Positions 53,359-64,000 of a stretch of DNA of 64,000 bases are shown in pieces; within the stretch, counting starts at the first letter, position 1, and each line of letters begins with the position of its first letter. Position numbers and translations under genes: made by a program. The notes below the pieces were generated by a model, which saw only the letters and a list, made by a program, of their open reading frames with translations, was not told the origin of the DNA and made no database searches. This DNA comes from the human T2T-CHM13v2.0 reference genome, Homo sapiens. Where the stretch lies: NCBI RefSeq assembly GCF_009914755.1, contig NC_060928.1. The stretch is one strand, 5' to 3'.

Positions 53359-53896
53359 CATTCCATGTAATGTGAGGAAATTGTTTCTCTTTGAAAAAAA
53401 TGTAGCTATCAACAATACTGGTAAAAGCAGATGAAGAAGCAAAATATCAAAAACCCATAATCCTGCAAGAGCCTTAACAAGATTAAATATTTGATTATTT
53501 CTAGGACACAGGACCTTTTAAAACATTTCCTGTTGTTCTTTGGATGGTCCACTGTGGGTAGTTTGAAACAGTCTACGAGACTTCTCTCTGTATCAAAGGA
53601 AGCAATGAGATCAGAGTAAAAATATCAGAGAAAGATTTTTTAAAATGAATTAAGGAAGGTAAATCCAAGCAGAGTTTTTATAACATTCACAAAAGCATGT
53701 AGCTTTGTGTTAAATCGTGTTTTTAAAAAATATTCTCTTCTTGCTTCGTATCTTTGAGTCAGAAAGCTGGATGTGTGTCTAAACAAACTAGGCAATGCTA
53801 ATACCAAGAATCCCGGAAAATGTGCTAAATTCACTATTCTATGTAAGTTTGCTCAGATGGTGGAGAAAGTGCATTAACCAGTACTGCAAACTGAAT

Positions 53897-53900
<4 letters not shown>

Positions 53901-53969
<69 letters not shown>

Positions 53970-53999
53970 GAGAAACAGACAGAGAAAGAGAGAGAGAGA
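53901..53999. repeat. (TG)n(AG)n compound microsatellite
   Basis: Direct reading. Confidence 0.97.
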
Positions 54000-56900
54000 A
54001 GATATTTGAAAAAAATACAAGAAATAAAGAAAGAAATATTCAAGGAAATAGATAGCATGAATGAAAAGCAATCTAAACTTCAGGTAGCAATGAACACACT
54101 TACAGAATGCAAAAGGCTCTGGAAAGTCTCAGCAATAGAATTGAACAAGTAGAAGAAAGAATCTGAGCTCAAAGACAAGGTCTTTGAATTAACCCAATTC
54201 AACCAAGACAAAGAAAAAAGAATAAGAAAATACAAACACAGCCTCCAAGAAGTCTGGAATTATGTTAAATGACCAAACATAACAATAATCAGTGTTCCTG
54301 AGAAAAAAGATGAATCTAAAAGTTTGGAAAACATATTTGGGGGAATCATTGAGGAAAATTTCCCCATCTTTTCTAGAGGCCTAAACATCCTAACACAAGA
54401 AGCACAAAGAATACCTGGGAAATTCATCACAAAAAGATCATCACCTAGGCACATTGTCATCAAGTTATCTAAAGTTAAGATGAAGGAAAGAGTCTAAGAG
54501 CTGTGAGACAAAAGCACCAGGTAACTGTAAGGAAAACCTATCAGTTTAACAGCAGATTTCTCAGCAGAAACCCTACAAGTTAGAAGCGATAGGAACCCTA
54601 TCTTCAGCCTCCTCAAACACGACAATTATCAGCCAAGAATTTTGTATCCAGTTAAACTAAGCTTCATATATGAAGGAAAGATATGGTGTTTTTCAGAAAA
54701 ACAAATGCTGAGAGAATTGGCACTACCAAGCCACCACTACAAGAACTGTTAAAAGGAGCTCCAAATCTTGAAACAAATCCTGGAAACACATCAAAACAGA
54801 ACCTCTTTACAGCATAAATCTCGCATGACCTATAAAACAAAAATACAATTTAAAAAACATAAACAAAAATTTAAAAACCAAGGTATACAGACAACAAATA
54901 GCACGATGAATGGAATGGCACCTCACATCTCAGTACTAACGTTGCCTATAAGTGGCCTAAATGGTCCACTTAAAAGGTACAGAACTGCAGAATGGATAAG
55001 AATTCACCAGCCATCTACTGCCTTCAAAAGACTCACCTAACACATAAGGACCCATGCAAATTTAAGGTAAAGGGGCGAGGAGGGGAAGACATTTCATGTA
55101 AACAGACACCAAAAGTAAGCAGGAGTAGCTATTCTTATATCAGACAAAACAAACTTTAAAGCAACAATAGTTAAAAAAGACAAAGAGGGACATTATATAA
55201 TGGTAAAAGGCCTTGTACAACAGGAAAATATCACAATCCTAAACATATGTGCACCTAACACTGGAGCTTCCAAATTTATAAAACAATTACTAATAGACCT
55301 AAGAAATGAGATAGACAGCAACACAATAATAATGGGGGACTTCAATACTCCCCTGATAGCACTAGGCAGTTCATCAAGATAAAAAGTCAACAAAGAAACA
55401 ATGGATTTAAACTGTACCTTGGAACAAACGGACTTAATGTATATGAAACATTCCATCCAACAACCACAGAACATATATTCTGTTAAACAGCACATGGAAC
55501 TTTCTCTAGGATAGACCATATGATAGGCCACAAAACAAACCTCAATAAATTTAAAAAAATTGAAATTATACCAAGCACTCTCTCAGACCACAGTGGAATA
55601 AAACTGAAAATCAACTCAAAAAGGAACCTTCAAAACCATGCAAACACATGGAAATTAAATAACCTGCTCCCAAATGATAATTGGGTCAAAAGTGAAATCA
55701 AGATGAAAATTAAATATTATTCTAACTGAATGACAATAGTGACACAACCTATCAAAACCTCTCAGACACAGGAGAGGTGGTGCGAAGAGGAAAGTTCACA
55801 GCCCTAAATGCCTACATCAAAAAGTCTGGAAGAACACAGACAATCTAAGGTCACAACTCAAACAACTAGAGAAACAAGAACAAACCAAACCCAAAACCAG
55901 CAGTAGAAAAGTATTAACCAAGATTAAAGCAAAACTAAATAAAATTGAAACCAAAAAAAGTACAAAAGATAAATGAAACAAAAATCTGTTTCTTTGAAAA
56001 GATAAATAAAATGGATAGACCATTAGCAAGATTAACCAAGAAAAGAATAAATAAAATCCAATCGAGCTCAATAAGAAATGAAACGAGACCACTGAAATTA
56101 CAACTGACACCACTGAAATACAAAATACCATTCAAGGCTACTACGAACACCTTTATGTGCATAAACTAGAAAACCTAGAAGAGATGGATAAATTCCTGGA
56201 AAGTTACAACCCTCCTAGCTTAAATGAGGAAGAATTAGATACCCTGAACATACTAATAACAAGCAGCAAGATAGAAATGGTAATTGAAAATATTACCAAC
56301 AAAAAAAATCCAGGGCCAGTTTGATTCGCAGCAGAATTCTACCAGATATTCAAAGAAGAATTGGTACCAATTCTACTGACACTATTCCACAAGATAGAGA
56401 AAAAGGCAACTCTCCATAAGTTATTCTGTGAAGCCAGTATCACCCTAGTACAAAAATCAGAAAAGGACATAATCAAAAAAGAAAACTATGGACTGATATC
56501 TCTGATGAACATAGATGCTAAAATCCTTAACAAAATACTATCTAATCAAATCCAACAACATATCAAAATGATAATCTAACATGATCAAGTGTGTTTTATA
56601 CCAGGGATGCAGGGATGGTTTAACATATGCAAGTTAGTAAATGTGATACACCACATAAACAGAATTAAAAACAAAAATCACTTGATCATCTCAATAGATG
56701 CAGAAAAAGCATTTTACAAAATCCAGCATCTCTTTATGATGAAAGCTCTCAGCAAAATTGGCATACAAGGGACATATCTCAGAATAATAAAAGCCCTCTA
56801 TGACAAACCCACAGCCAACATAATACTGAATGGGGAAAAGATTGAAGCATTCCCTCTGAGAATTGGAACAAGACAAGGATGCCCACTCTCACCACTCCTC

Positions 56901-58623
56901 TTCAACATATTACTAGAAGTCCTAGCTAGAGCGCAGACAAGAGAAAGAAATAAAGGGCATCCAAACTGGCAAAGAGGAAGTCAAACTGTCGCTATTTGCT
57001 GATGATATGATTGTTTACCTAGAAAACCCTAAGGACTCCTCCAGAAAACCCCTAGAACTGATAAAAAAAATTCAGCAAAGTTTCTGGATACAAGATTAAT
57101 GCACACAAATCAGCAGCTCATCAATACACCAACAGTGACCAAGCTGAGAATCAAATCAAGAACTCAAGAAATCTCCACACTGTTCAAATCAAGAAATCAA
57201 GAGCCCCTTTTACAATAGCTGCAAAAAATACAACAACAACAACAACAACAACAAACTTAGGAATACACCTAACAAAGGAAGTAAAAGTCCTCTACAAGGA
57301 AAACTACAAAACACTGCTGAAATAAACCATAGATGATACAAACAAATGGAAACGCATTCCATGCTCATAGATAAGTAAAATCAATATTGTGAAAATGACC
57401 CTACTGCCAAAAGCAATCTAGAAATCCAACACAATTCCCATCCAAATACAACCATCATTTTTCATGGAATTAGAAAAAAATCTAAAATTCACAAGGAACC
57501 AAAAAAGAGCTCTCATAGCCAAAGCATGGCTAAGCAAAAAGAACAAATCTGGAGGCATCACATTACCTGATTTCAAACTATACTGTAAGGCCATGATCAC
57601 CGAAACAGCATGGTACTGGTATAAAACTAGGCACATAGACCAATGGAACAGAATGGAGAACCTAGAAATAAAGCCAAATACTTACAGCCAACTGATCTTC
57701 AACAGAGCAAACAAAAACATAAAATGGGGAAAGGATACCCTTTTCAACAAATGGTGCTGGGATAATTGGCTAGCCACATGTAGGAGAATGAAACTCGATC
57801 CTCATCTCTCACCTTATACAAAAATCAACTCAGGATGGGTTAAGGACTTAAATCTAAGACCTGAAACTATAAAAATTATAGAAGATAACATTGGAAAAAT
57901 CCTTCTAGACGTTGACTTAGGCAAGGATTTCATGACCAAGAATCCCAAAGCAAATGCAGTAAAAACAAAGATAAATTGCTGGGACTTAATTAAACTAAAG
58001 AGCTTTTGCACAGCAAAAGAAACAGTCAGCAGTGCAAACAGACAACCCACAGAGTGAGAAAAAATTTTCACAATCTGTACATCTGACAGACGACTAATAT
58101 CCAGAATCTACAGTGAACTCAAACAAATCCATAAGAATAAAAAAACAAACAATCTCATCAAGAAGTGGGCTAAGGACATGAATGGAAAATTCTCAAAAGA
58201 AGATATACAAATGGCCAGAAAACATATTAAAAAATGCTCAACATCACTAGTGATCAGGGAAATGCGAATCAAAACAACAATGCGATACCACCTCACTCCT
58301 GCAAGAATGGCCATAATCAAAAAATAGTAGATGTTGGCATGGATGTGGTGATGTGGGAACACTTGTACACTGCTGGTAGGAATGTAAACTATACAACCAC
58401 TATGGAAAACAATGTGGAGATTCCTTAAAGAACTAAAAGTAGAACCACCATTTGATCCAGCAATCCCCCTACTGGGTATCTACCCAGAGGAAAAGAAGTC
58501 ATTATATGAAAAAGATACTTGCATATGGATGTTTATAGCAGCACAATTCGCAATTGCAAAACCTGACACCAGCCCAAATGCCCATCGATCAACCAGTGGA
58601 TAAAGAAACTGTGAGACATATAA

Positions 58624-58664
<41 letters not shown>

Positions 58665-59062
58665 GGAATACTACTCAGCCATAAAAAGGACTGAATTAAT
58701 GGCATTCACAGCAACCTGCAAGAGATTGGAGACTATTATTCTAAGTGAAGTAACTCAGGAACAGAAAACCAAACACTGTATGTTCTCACTGATATGTGGG
58801 AGCTAAGCTAAGAGGATGCAAATGCACAAGAAGGACACAATGGACTTTGGGGACTCAGGGGGAAAGGTGGAAGGGGGTGAGGGATAAAAGACTACAAACA
58901 TGGTGTAGTGTATACTGCCCGGGTGATGGATGCACCAAAGTCTCACAAATCACCACTAAAGAACTTACTCATGTAACCAAACACTACCTGTCCCCCAACA
59001 ACCTATAGAAAAAGAATTTTTTTAGTTAAATTAAATTAAACAGAAAAAATTTAAAAAATAAA
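54000..59062 (+). mobile_element. L1PB1-like LINE-1, ~5 kb (most of ORF1, disrupted ORF2, 3'UTR); inactive
   Basis: EN remnant (ENITILNICAPNTGA...IIMGDFNTPL), RT remnant ([15 protein letters not shown]), multiple stops and frameshifts; 3'UTR caaatcaccactaaagaacttactcatgtaaccaaa. Confidence 0.95.
58626..58662. repeat. (CA)n microsatellite inside the L1 3' region
   Basis: Direct reading. Confidence 0.95.
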
Positions 59063-59075
59063 AACAGAAGCCACA

Positions 59076-59379
59076 GGCCAAGTGCAGTGGTTCACGCCTG
59101 TAATCCCAGTACTTTGGGAGGCCAAGGCAGGTGTATCACTTGAGGTCAGAAGTTCAAAACCAGCCTGGCCAACATGACGAAACTCCCATCTCCACCAAAA
59201 ATACAAAAATTAGCTGGGCGTGGTTGTGCATACCTGTAATCCCAGCTACTTGGGAGGCTGAGGTACGAGAATTGCTTGAACCTGGTGGGGGCAGAGGTTA
59301 CAGTAAGCCGAGTTCACGTCACTGCACTCCAGCCTGGGTGACAGAGTGAGAGTCTGTCTCAATGAATAAATAAATAAAT
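59076..59379 (+). mobile_element. Alu (Sz/Jb-like) with (TAAA)n tail
   Basis: Full dimer; TSD aagccaca. Confidence 0.94.
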
Positions 59380-59387
59380 AAGCCACA

Positions 59388-59659
59388 GAGAGACACACAG
59401 GAAGAAAGGCCATGTGAAGATATAGAAAGATTGAAATTCTGCATCTATGAGCAAAGAAACATTAAAATTACTGGCAGACACCAAAAGTACATAAGAGATG
59501 TAGAATAAATTCTCCCTCAGAGCCTCCACAAGGAAGCAACACTTCCAACACCTTGATTTTGGACTTCTGCACTCCAGAAATGTTAGATAATACATATCTG
59601 CTAGTTTACATCACTTAATTTGTGCTAATTTATTATGGCAGCCTTGGGAAACTAATACA
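59388..59659 (+). mobile_element. MLT1B-like LTR 3' part
   Basis: ggccatgtgaaga...ttctccctcagagcctcc...caacaccttgattttggacttctg...gggaaactaataca. Confidence 0.85.
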
Positions 59660-60859
59660 GACTCATGATGCCTCCATGGCAGCCATCCAAATGTTTGCTC
59701 TGTTGGCTTGCATGTGTGAGTTCTTAAGAGAATCCTAGAGAGTTTCTCTACTGCATTTCCCAGGTCTGGAAGGTCACCCTTAAACTTAACTTTCCCTTCC
59801 TCTTCATTCCTGTAACTTGGAGTATATCCAAAGCTCATGCGGATGTCATCCTCTTGTCTTGAGGTAAATTTTAATATATGGTGTGCAGTTCTGGCAAGAA
59901 AGTTTAGTCCTTTGGTGGCATCCCACTGATCTTTGAGAAACTCAGAAATTCTCAAAGTGCCAGATGTAAAAAACAGGTTGCTCTATTCCCTTCACTTCTG
60001 TAGCTGTCTCCAGTTTTCTTGCTCTGCTCTAGGAGATCTACTGTCTAACAGACAACTAACTAGGAGGATGGTATGCCAGGCTTTCTTCTTGTCAGAAATC
60101 CATTTCTAAAAGTGTCATATGTTTTCCAATTTTTTGAGAAGCAGCTCCCCTGTCCCTTTGGGGACGGGAGTTAATAATTTTTCTCTAAGAGCTTATAGTT
60201 TCTACAAGAACAACAACCTGATATCTTTATCTCCTTAATTCCATACTGACTCACCTTCTTTCCTGGATTGGGAAGGAAAGTGGCATTGTAGCTGGTGGTA
60301 GAGTTAATGCTGGTTCTCCAATCCCATAAATTCAGGAGTAAGTGTGGGGGAATGCAATGCTTGCCTTAACTGTTAACCAGCTTTCTTTAAAACGTTAGGT
60401 AGTTAATGCCTCATTGTCCTCAAATTTGGGCCAGGGTTACTGATTCTTGGGCACTGGATTACATTTCCCTTAACCACTAGCTATACATGCTTAACACAAA
60501 ATCCCTCCACTAGCATCAGATGAGTTTGTGGGTTTGGAACTTTAGAGTGAAAAAGCACTTAGCAAGATTTGATTTCACTATATATTTGACATTCAACTCA
60601 ACTGTTCAACTTACCTTTTTGTGAAGTGAGGGAATTTGACTAAAATCAGCAATTGCTTACCCAAACGATTTCAGGAGCTAGAAGGAAAAGTAAATGCAGG
60701 AAGTAATTATTTTGAATGGGGACTGTGACCAGTTTGAGAGTGGTAATACCAACCTGAGTCGTTGAATTTTAGGCCTTCTTGAAGCGAGTTTCTAAGCTCT
60801 GAGAGATGTTTTAATGTCCATTCCACATTTAAATGTCCATATATCCACTCTTTATGGGC

Positions 60860-61560
60860 AGGTAGATAACATATGAGGGCATTTTTCCCTTGTCATAATG
60901 TTTGGGAGTGGGTGCTACTAGCCATTTTAGTAAGTAGGGATCAGAAATGTGATATATGCAATTGTCCTTTGTCTCCCATGATTTTCAAATGATACATAAG
61001 GTATTAACGCAGAAACTGTTCATATTAACTTGAGCATAATCCAAATTCTGCTTTATATAGAGCTTAGATAGACAGACAGAAGAGTAAAGTATTTTGCATA
61101 TTTTCCAGAAATACAATTGCTATTTATATTGAGTAACTATTGCACTTTATTTTGTTTATTGTTTTCCATCATTATCTAGATTCAGCCACCCTTTCAGAAA
61201 ATCATTTCAGCGATAGCAAGTTGCTGATAGAATTTGAGTCCATAACACTTCACACTTAAGTCAGGCAGCATTTGTAGTTTTTAACTCATGTGATTATACA
61301 GATAGAGGTCAGCATCTGACTATTTCATACAATCTTCTCATGTAGTCATGCCTGAATATACATAATGAACTTCAGATTTCTTCTTAATGAACTGCTTTCT
61401 TGTTATTTATACTTAAATTTCAGATAAGGCATTATATAGACTTTTTCAAAAAGCTATTTGTGGGAAGATCTTTATATCCATGGTCTTCATTTCAGGTGGT
61501 AAAGCATTTATTACAAAGTACTTTTTATAAAAATGGAAAATTGTTTTGATAGCACTGCTC
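60860..61560 (+). mobile_element. MER20B-like hAT-Charlie DNA transposon fossil
   Basis: gggtgctactagcc...ttttccagaaatacaa...gcatttgtag...agcatctgactatttcat...tgtagtcatgcctga...ttttgatagcactg. Confidence 0.65.
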
Positions 61561-64000
61561 TATATCCACTGTCAGAGGTCTACAAAATCTCAGAGGTCAT
61601 CAATATTCTAATGTATATATATACACACATATATCAGTCTTCACCTATCCCTTGGCCATATTCTTTAACATGTTATGGTTCTCAGGCTATAATATTCTCT
61701 TAGTCACCAGGGGCCTAAAGTAATCTGGTTTTACTTGTAGCATAGTAAAAACTTCAACCTGAGACTGACTGCCAGAGGACCTATTCATTTGATGGTTTCC
61801 TGAGTAGGTACAGTTTTCAAGTCTAGATTTAATATGAAAGAAGTATAGCCCCCTAAATATTGTGTATGGTTATTTGTAGATATATTCAAAATTATTGTTT
61901 TGCCATGATTAAAATATTTATGAGACTGAGGAGATTTTAAAATTTAAACTAATAAATTGGATCAACTCACTGTTAACTGGTAAAGCATTTTCATCATTAT
62001 AAAGAGAATGCATCATCTAATTTTCAAATGTTTTATCTTTCTAATTGAATTTCTAATTAGCACATGCTAGTAAAATGAAAATATTAATGAGATCCTCATA
62101 GGTGCTTAATATAGTGATATCAAGTACTATCATACATATGTGTGTATATATACATATATATGCATGTGCATAAGTTCTGAAGAAAATTTTTATTATGCAA
62201 GATAATTAAGTGTCATTTGACATAAAAATTTTGCAAAGAGGTAAAAAGTGGCATAAAATTAAAGAAAGTTAATTATCTGATCTTTCTCCTTTCGGCAATT
62301 TACTTTCTTTTGTCCACAGATCAATCATCCTAATGCTCATTTCTTTAATTCCCTTTAATTACAACTGAGAAGTAAGCAAGTGAGATAGTAATTTCTACTG
62401 AAATTTCCATGCTTAATCTGCAAATGTAGTGAGCACTGATATAGTCAAGGAACAGTGTGGCTGTTGTGAGAAATAGAAAATGGAGGACAGGAATTATACT
62501 CAGTTTCCCCCATTATTCAGCAATAATAGAAAAAGTTAATTTACATTTTCTTCTTTAAAATGTACATTTTAAAATTTCAATACATTTATTGAATTGAGCA
62601 ACAAAAGTAATGTGTAGGGTAGGCATTTCTGTAACTTTTTCTCCCTATTTTGTATTTTCATTTTTCTGTATTTTTTCTGTAAAGTTTTGTATATATATAA
62701 ACTAAACTAAACTAAACTTGGAGGTTGAAATAAAACCCAGATTGACACTGTATATAGACAGCAGTACAATCCAGAAGGAATCTCTTTATATGGTCAGTGA
62801 GAAACATTTCTATTTTTAACACTACTAAGGGGCTCCACTAATGAAGTTTGTCTGGCAGAGGATGTGACCTCAGTATTTTATAACACAGAAATTTCTCCTC
62901 AAGGTAGAAAGCTGGCTCGAAGAAACCTGTGACTGTCATGTCCCTGAGGGGTGCTTTAGAGTTCATAGCTTCAGGATATCTGTGAAGTTCTGAAATTGCA
63001 GGCAATAATTTAAGCATTAGTCCCCATGTTTGTGTGTGTGTGCATGTGTGTGCACACCTGCATGATACTTTGGGGGGAAGTGGCCCATTTGGTATGATCC
63101 AGTTCTAAAATATGATTATCCATGACCCCCTCAAAGCTTAAGATCCCCTGAAATTTCAGCTTTCTGCTTTTTTGCAGGCAAAGATCTAATTTCTCCTCTC
63201 TTTTAAGTGAATTATCCTGCCCTTTAACAAATAGTGGCGATACGTTATTTTGGTCTTTACAATCCAGGAACACTATTGGTTTTGACAGGCTTTGCTCAAA
63301 TAAAGACTAGTTTCACTTCATTTCCAAGGCATTCAACTCTACCCAAGTGACATTTGTGAAAGCCATATATTTCATTTGTGCATTCCAATGATTTAATTTA
63401 GTAAGCTCAATAAGCTTATCTCTAGTCAAAGATAACATGGCATTTATGACTGTAGAGTGCGTGATTGAATGGGATTCTTCCTGCTTCAGTTTCAACTTAG
63501 ACTCCATTTTGTTGTTATCAGACACCAAAGATCCCGTGAGAAAAATTGACATATGGAGATTTTAAAAGACACTGGTTGAAACTCTTAATTCCGGAACTCT
63601 TTCACGTACTTAGGAAATACGCAAGAGAGTCATGGTCTCAAGAGAAGGTTTTAAGAAAGGGGTTATTAAAACTATTGCTTTGGAGAGTGCACTTCACATG
63701 CAGGCTGTTCCATCCTCTTTTGGGGGAGAGGCATTAGGCAGGGGTTTACTTTCCAGTCCCAATATTGAAGAGGGTGGGCTTCTAGGCATCCAATTGAAGA
63801 TCTTTGAAATAGTCAAAAAACCTTGAGGATAAGTGCCTGATCCCAACAAAGGAAGCTAAAGCAGTTAGTGTTCTGAGGTCTTTTCTTCCCAGGAGGTCCA
63901 GGAGAAGAGAGAGGGTCTGACTAACAGTGCTGGTGGCTGAGCCGGGAGATGCTGCTATGTTGAGATTGGTTCACTTTCTCCTAGCTTGTCAGGACACCGG

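Noticed and set aside
55200-58603. L1 ORF2 pieces (EN, RT, C-terminal) as functional CDS
   Set aside because: Broken by many stops and frameshifts, and the element lacks its 5'UTR; fossil
63313-63552. 79-aa protein-like minus-strand ORF
   Set aside because: No recognisable homology or supporting splice signals; length is within chance expectation

Overview
Primate (probably human) AT-rich, CpG-poor genomic DNA made up mostly of interspersed repeats: Alu J/S/Y, L1PA/L1PB/L1M, L2, MIR, MaLR and ERV LTRs, and DNA-transposon fossils. I recognise no host protein-coding exon. The only gene-derived sequence is a full-length processed RPS15A retrocopy (minus strand, ~8923-9395) with an open 129-codon frame, 5'TOP, polyA signal and TSD. 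It sits inside an L1PA, which itself sits inside an older L1M. Other landmarks are a complete two-LTR MST (MaLR) provirus, a ~5 kb L1PB, two Zaphod-like hAT fossils and several microsatellites. Less ordinary observations are a polyadenylated, TSD-flanked retrocopy of only the R region of a MER41-type LTR, two short locally templated insertions, and a few candidate splice-site pairs and TF-motif clusters in unique DNA. I found no evidence for a new multi-gene system. Almost all listed ORFs are repeat-derived or spurious. Repeat subfamily names come from recalled consensus sequences and need RepeatMasker/Dfam confirmation.
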